Shown: positions 1-24,689 of the stretch, piece after piece
How positions within the stretch are numbered: the stretch's first letter is position 1
How the letters are laid out: the number at the start of each line of letters is the position of its first letter
Assembly (NCBI GenBank): GCA_013265495.1
Contig: MU061814.1
Coordinates: 5,707,684-5,771,683, forward strand
DNA: 64,000 nt
From: Vicugna vicugna
Taxonomy: Eukaryota
Direction: 5' to 3'
Made by a program: the position numbers and the translations under genes
The notes under the pieces: model-generated
Database searches by the model: none
Told to the model about the DNA's origin: nothing
What the model saw: the letters and a program-made list of their open reading frames with translations, nothing else

Positions 1-12095
<12,095 letters not shown>

Positions 12096-14489
12096 GATGT
12101 CTGCCCGGCTCGCGGGCGTCGCCTCTGCCAGTCTGAACCAGGAGCCACCCGCGCGCGGGATGCCCAACGCCTCGGCCCGCAGCCCTCGCAGCGCAGCCCC
12201 CCCAATTCCTGTCCCCCGCCTCCGGCCCCTCCCCGCCGCGCCGCGCCCCGCCCGCCCCGGCCCCTCGGCCCTGCCACACCCTGCAGACCACCCCCATTCC
12301 CGGCCCTGCCGGCTCTGCCCTAGATCCCTGGTCCCTTCAGTCCCTGGCGGCCCCCGACCCCGCCCCATAGATTTGAGAGCGCCTCTGGCCAGGTCGCACC
12401 AGGCACACCCCTCCGTCCCCCCGTCCTCCCCTCGCCGGCCCTTGGCCCTGGGCCAGTGCCGGCTAGCCCCCTCCTCGGGCTGCCCTCGGCCCAGCTCCGC
12501 CCCTCGGAATAACAGCTGCGCCTCGTCTTTCTCCCACAACCCAGGACTGGACTGGAAGCCTCCGAGGGGCTTCTCGCCAGCTGGGGAGGGGGCGAGGAAC
12601 CCTTTCTTAAAGGGGCGATGGCACGACTCCTCAGGCTGTGTGGAGCAATGAGGGGCAGCCTGTGGCCCAGAGACAGACCCAAAGCTGCTGCAAAGCCACT
12701 CCGCAGAGTCCAGGAAAACCCCATGACACTCTCCTGCCAGGCACCTCCTGTGCTTGCCCTGGGTCTTCGAGTGACCTACCCAATCAGCCTCCTTCCTGGT
12801 GGGGCTCAGGCACACCGCATTCCTGAGGCCTCCTGGACCAGCTCAGATGTCCCCCTCCTGGGGGTGAGGACCCAGGAGTAGGAGGAGGGGTGAGCTGGCC
12901 TACCAGGAGTTCACCTGCCCAGGCAATGTGGGGGGACCTGCAGGCCAGGTCTGCTCTTTGAGGGGCCAGGCCAGGGTCAGGCCTGAGGGGAAGAGAGGGA
13001 CCTGGGAGACCTTGGGTTGCAGGCAGCCCTGGGGCAATGGTCCTGCATTTAGTGGGGGGAGGACTGGGCCAGGACCCCAATGTGCAAAGGTGCAGAGGTG
13101 GGACTGACAAGGTGTGGGGCAGATGGTGAGAGGGGAGGCAGGTAGGGTGGGGCCCAGCAGTTTGCGCACAGACTAGCTTGGACTTTATTCTGTTGGTCAT
13201 AGGGAGCCACTGGGGTCTAGATCAGGGTAGGCCGTGACCAAGTGACTCTTGTGCTGGGAGGCAGGACGTGGTCCTGGCCAGGACCTAACAGAGTGGCAGT
13301 GGGTGGGGGGAGAGGGCACAGAGCATTGCATTTCAGCTTTGGGCCATTGTTCTTGGCTCCAGGGGTCCAGGGCCAGGTCCCAGCCCTGCAGTGAAGATGG
13401 GCACTGGACATCGGGTCCTTGGCGATCTGGCTGCCCCGCTATCAGCTACCCCCTTCACGCAGGAGGGACCTGAGACCAGTTTCCCATGGCAAGCTCAGTT
13501 CCTGACCTCGCTCATGTGATTTCACAGACTAGCCAGAGTTTTCCCATGCGAGGTTTTGGCTGACTGTCCTGCAGTCCCTGGAAGCGGGAGAAGCCAAGTT
13601 CATTGGTACATTTGATGGAGGAGCAAGGTCAAGTCCTCCTAAGGTCTTCAGCGAATTGGGGATGAAGCCGCACCAGATGCCTAACCCAGGCTCTACTTGG
13701 GGGGGCAGCTCCCAGACCCTGGCAAACAGAAGGGGTGGGAGGAAAGGTCTGGTGAGCTGGGAGGGGGTCCTCAGGCTGTTTGTCGATGGAAGGGAACAGG
13801 ACGCCCGTGGGGCACGAGGAGGGCCCCGGAGACCACTCAGGACAGCCATAGTGGGGCTGGGCCAGGGGAGCAGGAGGGGCCTCTGAAGCCCCCCAGAGTG
13901 ACATCCAGTCCCTGGCATGATGACTCAGCAGGCCTGAAGAGACCCCCCTCCTGGGAAAAACTTGGACTCACTGCCCAAGGTCTTTGACCTTCCTTGCACG
14001 TCTTGACCTTCACAGTGAGCTGAGTGAAAGTGGCAGGACTCCCCAGGAGGGTGTTCATGAGAAATGACTCAGTGAAGGAGCAGATGGCAAGGGGATCTCT
14101 TTAACGGCAGCATCGTGAGGTGTGGGCCTGTGACTGCTGTGGGGGAGGGGGTCTGGCCGCAGCCCTGGGCTCTTCCCACCAGACGCCAGCCCAGCGACAC
14201 TCCTGCCAGTCATGACGGTCAAAGACCTATCCAGAGAAGGACGAACTTCCCTTGGGACCGCCCTCACTCTTGTCCAGGTGGCCTCGATTTTATAGAAAGC
14301 CCTGCACCTGCTCCGAATGGCATAGATCAAGGGGGCGGGACGGGGATCGCGTCGCCAACTGACAGTCCTGGAGTGGAGCAGAGTAAACGTCTCCCCTGCA
14401 CGCATCTGCCCACCTGTGCTGGGACGCGTGGGCGATGGCTGCCACTGCGCTGTCTGCAGACCGAAGCCAGACTGAATGGTTGTAGTTTC

Positions 14490-14960
14490 CAACAAGCGCC
14501 AGAAAAGAGGAGTGCCGTTCAAAACCGCGAGAGACCACCTCACACCCACTAGGACGGTTGGAACCCACAGACAGACACAGCAAGCCTTGGCCAGGACTCA
14601 GAGACACCAGAACCCTGACACCCTGCTAGAGAGGGCGCAAGACAGCGCGGCCGCGGTGGAAAACCGCCCGGCGGACCCTCAGAGGTTAAATGCGAGGTTA
14701 CCGTAGGACCCAGCACTTCTATTCCTGGATATTTTCCCGAAAGAAGCTGAAATTCCGTCATAAAACCGTGTGCACAAGCGTTTCAGCACCAGCGTTTCTG
14801 ATAGCCCAAAGCGGAAACAACCCAAGTGTCCCCAACTGGGTGGATACACCTAAAATGTGGTCCAGCCGCTGAGGGACTGTCCCTTGGCTCCAAGAAGGAA
14901 TCAAGCTTCGGATATGCGCTGTGCCTCGGCCGAACACTGAAAACGCCAAGCGAAAGGAGT
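14490..14960 (+). mobile_element. Old L1 (L1M) ORF2 3' end fragment
   Basis: aaaaccgcgagagaccacctcacacccactaggacgg ... ggaaacaacccaagtgtcc match the L1 ORF2 C-terminal consensus. Confidence 0.8.
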
Positions 14961-15811
14961 CATCGTGGGCCATCCACTCCTGAAAACTGATGCCAGGGGA
15001 GGGGGGAGCCCCGCTAGCCTCCCCTTCTGGCACCTCCTGGCGGCCTCCTGAGCGTCACCTGTTCCAGAAGTACACGTCCTGGTGGAGGGGTCAGGGATCA
15101 ATCAGAGCAGCTCGGACACTGACCTCTCACATGTGGGGCTCTGCGTGGGGTCGATGGTGTCCATATACCCGGGGCAGGCAAGCTGCTGTGGACGGGACGA
15201 GGGGTTCCCCCCTACTCCTGCCCCGGAGTGCAGAGTTGCCCACTTTACGGACAGCAAGTCTATGGCTGGGTCATCCCTGGGCTGTAGGGTTTTACATAAC
15301 ACCCCATTTCACATTCCTTCTTGCTGAGTGTTCATGGTTCCTGAGAGCTGAATGGTGCCAAATCCGCATTTGACGTAGACTCCCAGACAGGAAGTCACTG
15401 ATCAGAGGTACCCACACCCGCCTCCGGATTCAGGACAGCAGAAACGGCAGTGCTGTGAGTCAAGACCAGAGAACAGGGGTGGGCTCTCTCCAGGCCCCCA
15501 ACAGAACGTCCAAGGGGCTGGGGGACGGATGGCAGCCTGACACCAGGCAACAATGCCAAGTCAGCAAGGCGAGGTCAGGAGTGCTCGCACCACCCGCGTC
15601 TGAGCACCGACAGCAAGTCGGGAGGAAGCCCTGCTCTGGGGTCTGCGGACCGAACCGGCACAGTCAGGGGAAAGTGTCCCTGGTTTCCAGACAGTGAAAA
15701 CGGGCACTCCGAGTATGGGACTGTTTCCCCCTAGGTTGGAGGGGTCTTTCCCAGGGAAGGCCTCCAGGCAGGGCTGCAGGGCAGGGCTCTGTGTGTGCTT
15801 CCTTAATGCAC

Positions 15812-16258
15812 CCAGTCATTCATTTGCTGTGGCAGCCATAACAGTTCACTACAAACTGGGGGCAGGGGGAGGGCTTAAATCATCAGAAATGTTTTCTCTG
15901 AGGTTCTGGAGGCCAGAGACCAAAATCAAGGTGTCTGCAGGCAGGGTCACCTCCTTCCAGAGGCTCCAGACCATCCTCGACTTCCAGCTCTGGGGATTCC
16001 AGGCGTCCCTGGGCTTGTGGCCACATCACGCCCATCTCTGCCTCCATCTTCACGTGGCCCCTTTCTCTGTCTGTCCTCTGCTGTCTCTTGTAAGACACGG
16101 GTGATGGCCTTTAGGGCTGACCCAGGTAATCCGGGACAGTCTCACTCGAGGCCCTTAACCCAGTCACAACTGCGAAGACCCTTTTCCTAAACAAGTTTCT
16201 GTTCACAGATTCCAGGCATTAGGAGCGTGTCCTCTGGAGGCCACCACTCGACACTACA
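15812..16258. mobile_element. MLT1C/D-like MaLR solo LTR
   Basis: ggttctggaggccagagaccaaaatcaaggtgtc ... taatcc ... ttcacagattccaggcattagg ... ccactcgacactaca. Confidence 0.8.
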
Positions 16259-16989
16259 CTTGGAGAGGCCAGGCTGAGTTTTGGGGGGCTCCCAGCCCCC
16301 TGCCGCCACCTCCACCCACCCTCCCTGTGGCAAAAAAACAGGCAAAGACCCCGATCCCTGGTCTGTGCAGGGTCAGCTCACAGCGGCTGGAGGAACCTCC
16401 GCTCCGTCCAGACCTCTCGACATCCCTGTGCACCAGGAGAGACAGGAACTGCCATGTGCACAAATGTTTTCGGATGAGACTGAGAGAAGTTTCCAACTAT
16501 CCACAAACATTCCTGGAAGAACAGAAGCCTTGACCCCTGGAACTGCACAGAGGGGGCCGCCGGAGCCCTTGCTCCGGACTAGGAGGCAGCCCAGCTGCAG
16601 GCCTTGTCAATTCTGTTCTTCCCTTGGAAGAAGATGCACTGGGCCGCCTCCAGTGCACAGCAGAAAAGCAAAGAGGAGGAGCCCCTTTGTGGAGGAGCCA
16701 GCACCCACACCTCCATCCTGAAAGGCCAGTCCCCCTCAGCAACAGCCTCAGGGCGCCTTTCTTGTGTGGAAGAGCTTGTGCATCTGAACCTCAGGGAGCC
16801 CAGGACACCTGGCCTATGATTTCCCGGAGGCAGTGCCTCCACGTTTCCCGGGACCAGAGATTCTGGTTTCCTGGTCCTTCAGAGTGGACAGAGTGGATGC
16901 AGTCATGCCCTGCTGAACTGCAGACCCTTGAAATCCTGGCTCCATTGCGACCCATCCTGGGGAACTCGCCTCCCCTTGAGCTCCAGGGC

Positions 16990-17352
16990 TGGAGCCCAGG
17001 GCTGAGATGCCACAGGTCAGTGCATCCCCTGCCCCTGTTGGCCTAGAAGTGGACACATGACCCAGGCTGGTGACTCTCTGGCGTTTGGCAGGGATGCTGA
17101 AGCAAAGCCACTTCCTGCCGCTGCATGCAGACCAGGGAGCATACAGCTTTGGAGCTGCATGTTGGGATGTTAGCATGAAAACGAAACAGCAGAGCAAAGG
17201 TATGATGAGAAACCTGGTTCTCCGCAACATCGCTGAGCCGCTGGATCAAGCGTCACCTGAAAGCCTGGACTTCTGGACTTTTCACCACAAGAGACCATAA
17301 TTTCCTTTTGTTTTTTAAGCCAGTTGGGGTTGGGTTTTCTGTCTCTAATGAC
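16990..17352 (+). mobile_element. LTR16/LTR33-like ERVL LTR relic
   Basis: catgacccaggctgg ... gctgagccgctggatcaagc ... ttaagccagttggggttgggttttctgtc. Confidence 0.65.
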
Positions 17353-19104
17353 TAGAATCCGGAAAGATTCCTGACTAAGATGGGTGTGGGAGGGCTAAGG
17401 CAGGGGCTGTGTGGATCTTACTGTCGTAGCCCAGGATCTGAGCCCTCAGGCCTGCAGTGTGAAAAGCTGGCCCTGTCTCAACACATTCTTGGCTGGGACT
17501 CCCTAGCTGTGTGGGCAAGTGTTGGCAGCTTCTAGTTCCTGGGTTGTTTTAGGGTGGGGCGACGGCTCAGGATTCCTGAACCGCTGTGCTCTGTCACGAT
17601 GCACAGCCCACAGAAGGTGGGGCCATGTTCTGACATTTCTTCCATCTCCTTCATCCCGGGGCCCAGTTCTTCCTGAGCATCACCTGGGGCAGCAGCAGGG
17701 TCAGATGCGGCCGGGGCCACCCAGGCCCTTCTCCCCATGGGGCCACATCCCCCCACCCAACAGGCCAGAGCCTGGGCAGGCCTGAGCCAACCCTACGCCC
17801 TTTTCTTGGGTGCAGGATGGAGCCACTTCAGGAAGGCACTGGCGGTGGAAGGTAGTCAATGGAGGACAGAAACATGGAGGGAACGACATGGGGGGACGTC
17901 CACATATGCCCAGCTCCACCACTGTTAACGAAATGAAAACCACAGTCGCAGTGGCACCAAGGAGCCGCTGGTAACACTGAGCCCCGAGGGGTCGTGAGAA
18001 ATGCGGCGCCCACATCAGGGCATCTGGTCCAGAGGCTGTGGAAACGACCTGACAGAATCCACCAGAGTTTACCCAGCACCTCCGCTGCCAGGCGTCTACA
18101 CCACGGAAACGCTCACGTGAACGCGGAGAGCTGGCTGTACACAGATGTCCGGTCTGACTGAGACGGCGCAGCAAAATCCTGGCAATGATGAGGATAGCGG
18201 TGACAGCAGGCGCCAGGCAGGGAACCCGTAATATGACCCCGCAGCTGGGAAGAGTGTCTGCGATAAAGACAGGCGAGGAGAAGGTGCCCAGGGAGCCAGC
18301 TGCCTGCCGAGCAAGGGCCAGGGAAAGTGCTGATCAGGAGGCTGGTCTCGGCAGGTCGTCCCGAGCTGCTAGCCACGGTCCCCTCTGGAGGGGCCTGCCC
18401 TGGACCCAAGGGCTGCGCACCACGTCCTGGGGCATTAGGCTGTGTCCGTCCGGCTGCGTGAGGCCCTGCAGGGGATGTCTGTCCACACGCGGCCCGTTCT
18501 CACCCATCCTGGCTGGAGCCTGCTGGGGTCTTGGTGGCAAAGCAGGACCGGGCAGCTGGGCCGCAGGAATCTACCCTGAGCTGCTCTGTGTGAGACCCTG
18601 CGGGGCACACTCAGTGACTGGAGAGGTCAAGGCCGTGGGCAGGACCTTCAGCAATTCCCAGGCCACAGGGCAGGGCAGTGCAGGCTGGGCTGCAGGGAGG
18701 TGGACCCTGAGGAATGAGCAGGATTTCCACAAGGAAAGGAGAGCAGAGAACACCGGGTTGGGAGGGCCTGAGTGCCGGGGTTGGGGCAGGGCAGAGCCCA
18801 GACCAGAACCCACACAAGTGTACACACATGGCCCTCACCTGCCCTGTGTAGCCTCAGCTGCTTCTTTGGGCTCTGCCACCCCTGCTGGCAGCTGGCTGAA
18901 CCCTGGGACCCAGCTGACCGGGTTGTGAGGCCCAGACAGGACCACTGATGACCGGTGCTCACAGACTTACCCAATTTGTCCATTACTTCCACATGTTGGG
19001 AATGAACCTGACCTCTGAGACTGGGGCTGGGTCAGATCAGAGACACCATTGCCCATCCCTGGCCTTCACACCCCCAGCTCCCCACACCCTCCTTCTACTC
19101 TGAA

Positions 19105-19215
19105 GAGGATGGTACAGAAGCTGGGTGCAAACCTCAGCTCCATACTCACTGCCTTTCTGACCTTGGGGAAATTACTTAACTGCTCTGGGCCTTTGTTTCT
19201 TCATCTGAACGATGG
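19105..19215 (+). mobile_element. MIR SINE core fragment
   Basis: tgaccttggggaaattacttaactgctctgggcctttgtttcttcatctgaacgatggg; similar MIR relics near 4765-4810, 7540-7572, 19340-19375, 56595-56650 and 60185-60215. Confidence 0.65.
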
Positions 19216-20334
19216 GTTCATATCAGAAAGACCGTGCTTTGTTGTGCAGTTTAGACAAGATCTTCCTAATTGGGCCCAGGGCCCGACTTCTCCCAGGGGG
19301 CAGGAGGCGAGGTCCCTGGCCTGAAAAGGGGGATCAGAGCCCTCCTTTCACAGATAGGGAAACTGAGTCCAGGAAACAGGCCTATGGCTACCCTGCAGAT
19401 GAGCTTGTGTGGCCTGGGCCGGCACCAGGAGCCACCCAGCCCCTCAGAGTCATTGACTCAGGTTTTCACTTTGCTGTCCTCATAGTCTCTTTGGTTTTAT
19501 TCACATGGAGAACTGCAGAAGCCCCAGGGAGGTAACCACAAAGATGATCACATTACTGTAACTGGAAATTAATGGACTGCTGGTGGTTCTAAAAGAAAAC
19601 AAATTATCTAAATATTTTAGATGGGGTAATAAAACGTTTTCAATTTGCAGCTACATGTTCTGCCATTCACCACTTCATTGCCCAGATTCTGCTGCTGTCA
19701 GTGAGCATTTTATCCTCTGCTGTTTGCTCACTGTACGAGCCATGAGATGTCAGAGGGAGGCAGGGGTGCTGCAGAGGCTGTGAGGTGGCAGCTTGCCCTG
19801 TCCTTGGAAGGGCCACCCCCCTGCTCTTGTCTTTGGGGACCTGGGCCTCACTCTGGAGGTGAACCTAGCCCCATGTGTCCCAGAGCCAGGGGTGGAGTGG
19901 GGGTTGACCTTTTAGCTTTATGATCAGAAAACTGAAAATTCAGCCTCAACTTGTTGCTTGCTCTAGCTAGTGCCAAATGTTGGCTACCGCTCTGCCCTGC
20001 CCTTTCAACATCTCATCCTTCACAGCCCACCTCCTCCAGGGAGCCTACTGGAAGGAACCCAGCACAGGGCTCTCACTCTCTGAACTTGTGGAGCCTACAT
20101 AGTCCCAAGCACAGGATCTTATGCTGAAACGACACTGTCTCACGTTGCCCCTGCGTGGACCCTGTTGGTGCCCTGTCCACATCACTTCTGCCCTCATTTC
20201 TGGGAATGCCAGCGGCTTCTGGCTGCAAGAACTGCTGACTCCTTCCTGAGGGTTTCCCCAGGCTGCAGGAGGGTGCACATGGTGAGCTGGGCACAGTGCT
20301 GGGAAACTAAGATGAGCACCCAGGGCAGCTTTCA

Positions 20335-21120
20335 ACCAACAATGAAGGGAAATGCCAATGAAACTGCAATGAGATACCATGTTGTTCCCGCTAGACTGGC
20401 TGCAACAAAAAGACTGACAATGCCAAGTGTTGACAAAGACTTGGAGCAATTGGAACTCCCACACTGCTGGTGGATATAAAATGGTACAATCATTATGAAG
20501 ATTGTTTGGCAATTTCTTAGTTCAACACAAACCCCATCACCCAGCAATTACTTCTAGGCAATTATGCAAGAGAAATAAAAAGTATGCTCATAAAAAGGCT
20601 TGCACGTGAATTTCAGGGCAGTTTTATGCACAATGGCCGAGATTCAGAAACAACTCCAGTGTCTAGCATGTGACTGTAGAAACAAAGCGCTATACTCACT
20701 TAATGGAACACTATTCAGCAATAAGAAAGAACGAAATGCTGGTACACGCTTGATGAATGTGGATGGATGAACCTTGAAAATATTATGCAAAGTGAAAGAA
20801 GTCCTTTGAAACATTACTTATTGCATAAATCTATTTATATGCAGTTCTAGAACAAGCAAACTGAGATATGGGGATAAAAATCAGAACAGTGGTTGCCTCT
20901 GATGGACGTGTTCTATACTTGATCATGGTGGAGGTTACCTTGGGGTAGGCATTTGTCAAAATTCGTTGAATGAAAATTACTGAATGTAAATGATACCTCG
21001 GGAAACATGGTTATACTCGATCACTCCAAAAGTTACACAGATCAATGAAGAATATGTGAAATACATGGAAAAGCCCGAAGTAAAAACAAAACCCAGATCA
21101 CTTGCGATTATATCCCCAGA
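20335..21120 (+). mobile_element. L1ME/L1MC ORF2 end plus 3'UTR fragment
   Basis: gaaatgcc...aatgagataccat...ctgctggtggatataaaatggtacaa...aatggaacactattcagcaataagaaagaacgaa...cagaacagtggttgcctct. Confidence 0.85.
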
Positions 21121-21689
21121 GGTCACTGCTCTCGGCAGTTCTCTTTCTACCGCCGAATTCCGCCTATCAGGGATTCTGGTGCTCGCCCTGCTTTGCAGCC
21201 TGCTTGCATCATCTGCATTACGTGATGCTCTCGCTCCACCAGTCCAGCCACCCTCCGTGTCCACTCCCTACCCTTCTCCGCCTCGGACTGCACCGATGGG
21301 CTTGGCCAGTGGGAGAAAAATCGGGAGATGAGAGTCTGAGAGGCCACAGAGACCGGCATTTACCCCTATGGCTTCCTCTGCTCGGTCACCTTGGGCTGGC
21401 CATGCCCTCAACCAAAGATGACAGCTCCTCTGGGTGGCGGTCCTGAGGACTCTTTCCTTCCAGAGTCCGGGAACCTCGCCTCCCCCTTTTCTTTGGAGCG
21501 TGTTGACGTCACAGCTGTGCTCCTCCAGCCCTGGGCTCTCGCAGAATTCCTGTGACGTCTCTAAACCCGCCCACGCCCTCCTAATCAGCGCCTTTGCAAA
21601 TGACCCCCCATGAATCGTCCTAATCTGATCAGGCCGTCAGTCTCCCTTCCGGATCCTGACGGTACACCCCAGTGAGCACGGCTGGCGGT

Positions 21690-22100
21690 GTCCAGACCAT
21701 CGCGGTCCCCGCTTGACAACCAGCTCTGACACAGCAGCCCAAAGGAGGACGCGTCCCCATGGCAACGGGGGCGGGGCCTCACTTCCGGCCCTGCGGTGGG
21801 CGGAAGTCCCTCCCCCGCCGGCCCGCCCCGGCTTCCCGTCAAGCCTTGCGAGGCGCTACGTAGCCGGAAGCGGGTGGCGTCGAGGTGGGCGGTCGGCCCG
21901 CGTCCTCGGTGCAGTTCGGGGCGCTGCCGACCCCGCCCGGACCCCGGCGCGCAGGAGCGAGCCCACCTGCCCGGTAAGCGCGCCGCCGAGGCCCCGAGGC
22001 CTCGGCTCCCCCCGGGGCTAGTCCACCGCCCCGCCCGGCGGCCGCCCCCGCCCGGACCCCCGCCCGCCCGCTCGCACCTACTCTAGGGGGAAGAGCCGGT
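21690..22100 (+). promoter_or_regulatory. ARFGAP1: CpG-island promoter and non-coding exon 1 of ARFGAP1
   Basis: CpG-dense; ETS/GABP motifs (ACTTCCGG 21781, CGGAAGT 21801, CCGGAAG 21864), GC box 21767-21776; donor CCG|gtaagc after 21973. Confidence 0.8.
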
Positions 22101-24629
22101 CCTGACGCCTGTCCCCTCCTTCGGACCCAGGACCTGGTGTGGACACAGGTTCAGTCAGATCCGGTCTGAGTTCTCAGGGGGCTTCCATTGAAGGGTTGTG
22201 CCCACCGGTGCCCTAGAGGCTAGTCTAATCAGAATCGACAGCCTCCGCGGCCTTAAGTCTTTTTCCTCCTCACCCTCTGCCGCGGGTGGTCGTCTTGGCA
22301 GAGGGAGGGGAAACCAGGAAGGGATTTTAAAATTCCCCTTCAGCTTAGGTGCATTCAGGTAGGAGAACCAGGCTCCCTGTCTGCCCTGTTAAACGGCTTC
22401 GTTGCCCACCAGCCATGTGAGTTGGCTGTGCTCACTCAGCGCAGGCCTCATCTCGCGGTGCTGTGTGTGATCCGGCAAAGCGGGGCTGTGATACTGGCCC
22501 AGGGGAGAATTAGCATTTCACTTTGCTTTGGTGTGCCCTCCATGACCTGCCTTGCTGAAGTTCAGAAGTACCCGTGCTTTAGAATGAGAAAGGGTTGTTC
22601 GTAAACACAGGTGCTTTGAGTGCTTCAGGTGGTTTCTGAGAAAGACGGGTGTGATTTCTGCCTGTGGCCTGTGTGACAGCCCTGGGGACTGAGCAGTGTC
22701 CTGAAGTCATCGCTTTTAATCTCAGACGTTGAGGAAGTCCCAGCTTAACAAGCAGTGTTCTGCAGTCTGACAAGTGGCTTCCTTCGTGAACTGAGAAAAA
22801 GTCCTCATTTGGTTCAATGTTTATTGAAATCACGCCTGCTTTCAGAAAGCTCTGTTTTACCATCTGGGTTTCAAGCATTAAAACAGAAGTTCTTGGGTTA
22901 TTTTTCAAGATGAACTATGGTTTTGAAAGTTAAGTGTTTGTTCTTATGTCTTAAGTTTAGCATTTCCCAGAACTAAAGGATTCTCATATCCAAAACCAGT
23001 CACCTAGGGGAGTCCTTTGAGATCTGAACCAAGTCATTTATTTTTCACATATTTCCCATAGTAGTTCTGCAGACACTCACTCTGCCTTATTTTGCACTAT
23101 TAGAAATTCAGGGCAGGCTCACCCCTGTTCGGGCTTTTGTTTCTTGTGTCCAGTTGGCCAGAATAGGAGCCTTTGGGCAGACACAGTTCCCTGGGAAGAG
23201 CACAGGCCCCAGTGTCCACCCGTCTCTGCCTTCGAGCCAGGGGTGAGTGGAGCTGTATAGGTTGGTCCAGGCACCAAGTCCTGGGCAGGATTTTGCATTT
23301 AGATGTTTGCCTTCGAGGTCAGGAGACCATCTCGGGCAGCAGAGAAGTACAGAGCAGAAGGGAACCTTGGGTGAACTCTTGGTTTTGTTTCCATCGATAA
23401 CGGAAAACAGGTGTTTATTTTCAACTTAAGCTGAAAAGTGGGCCCTTGAGCATCAGGAGTTCTGGAGTTCCAGATTCAGGAAGTGTGGCTGTGTGGACAG
23501 GCAGGGTCCCCTTGGAAAGTAACTGAAGGTGACAGATGGAATACCAGACAGACCTTCTGGGTCTGTGATGCTGCACCTGCACAGAGCTCACTGTACCGTC
23601 ACAGGGAAGCTGGCTGGAGCCGCCGCCTCACAGGCGCAGTGGGTAGAGAGCAGCATCCGAGGGTGGGACTGTCCAGCAGCGGTGCATGCGGGTGGCTCTG
23701 CCACTTAACGAGGCTCGTGTGTTCTTGGGAAGACGCGTGCTGCTGTGGGCGGTCAGACAGCTTGCAGGTTCCACTCATGAGCGCAGGACAAGCTGAGGCC
23801 CAGGGTCAGTGGTGTGTGCAGGAGAGGTGGGACGGACTGTGTCCAGCGCCATGCTTGGCCCCCTCCCCTCCCTCTGCTTGAGTCTTACTCTGTCAACTTT
23901 CCTGGTCATGGATTAAACGGGCCACCAGTTGAGCTTGAACTTTGTAAAAGCTAGATGATCTATAAAGAAATGAACAGCTTTCCTCTTCAGCCCCAGGACC
24001 CGACAGGTTCCCTTTGAGGCATGGTGGCAGGTCTCCTGGTCCATAGGCCACTGTCCTTGCCCTGCTGTGGGCATGCTGTCTGTCACCTCCTTCCCTCAGA
24101 TGGCCCCAGGGAGGACCTACCTATGGACCCTCCATCTGCCAGCCTCTCCACATGCCACTGCTTCCACCCCAGGCCAAGAGCCTCGCTGCATCAGGCCTGG
24201 GAGGTGGAGGGAAGATGTGGCCGCAGAGAACGCGGCTGCCTGTGTTCGGATGCCGCCAGCCCACGTCTGCCATATTGCCCTGAAAGTGGGAAGTCAGGTT
24301 TCATGGACAATCTGAGCACGTCTTGTAAGGACCACTGCTTGCTGTGAATGTTCCTAGGAGACAGGCCTTCTGTAAATTGTGCAATCTTGACGTCCGTGAG
24401 GCTCAGGCAGAGCAGATGCCAGTAATTACTCTCGCTCCTAATAACCGTGGCACTGTTGGCCTGGGAGCATCCACACTGCTCTTGACTTAGAGTGTGGAGA
24501 ACGGACTCCTGCGGCCCGTAGCCCTGTTACCCTGTAGCTTCTAAGCAGCTTTTTTGCACTGACAGTTGATTTTCTCGTAAAGTGACCTACCTGTGAGTTT
24601 TAGGAGTTTGTTCTCTCCTTTGCAGCGCC

Positions 24630-24689
24630 ATGGCCAGCCCGAGAACCAGGAAAGTCCTTAAAGAAGTCCGGGTGCAAGATGAGAACAAC
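24630..24689 (+). CDS. ARFGAP1: ARFGAP1 coding exon 1
   Basis: agcgccATGG; [20 protein letters not shown]; |gtaagc. Confidence 0.97.

Noticed and set aside
13529-13918. Moderate-complexity ORF upstream of NKAIN4 as a pseudogene or lncRNA peptide
   Set aside because: No recognisable homology, poly-A tail or target-site duplication.
13915-17215. C/D-box snoRNA candidates (ATGATGA at ~13917 and ~17203)
   Set aside because: No properly spaced D box or terminal stem; intergenic, and one lies inside an LTR relic.
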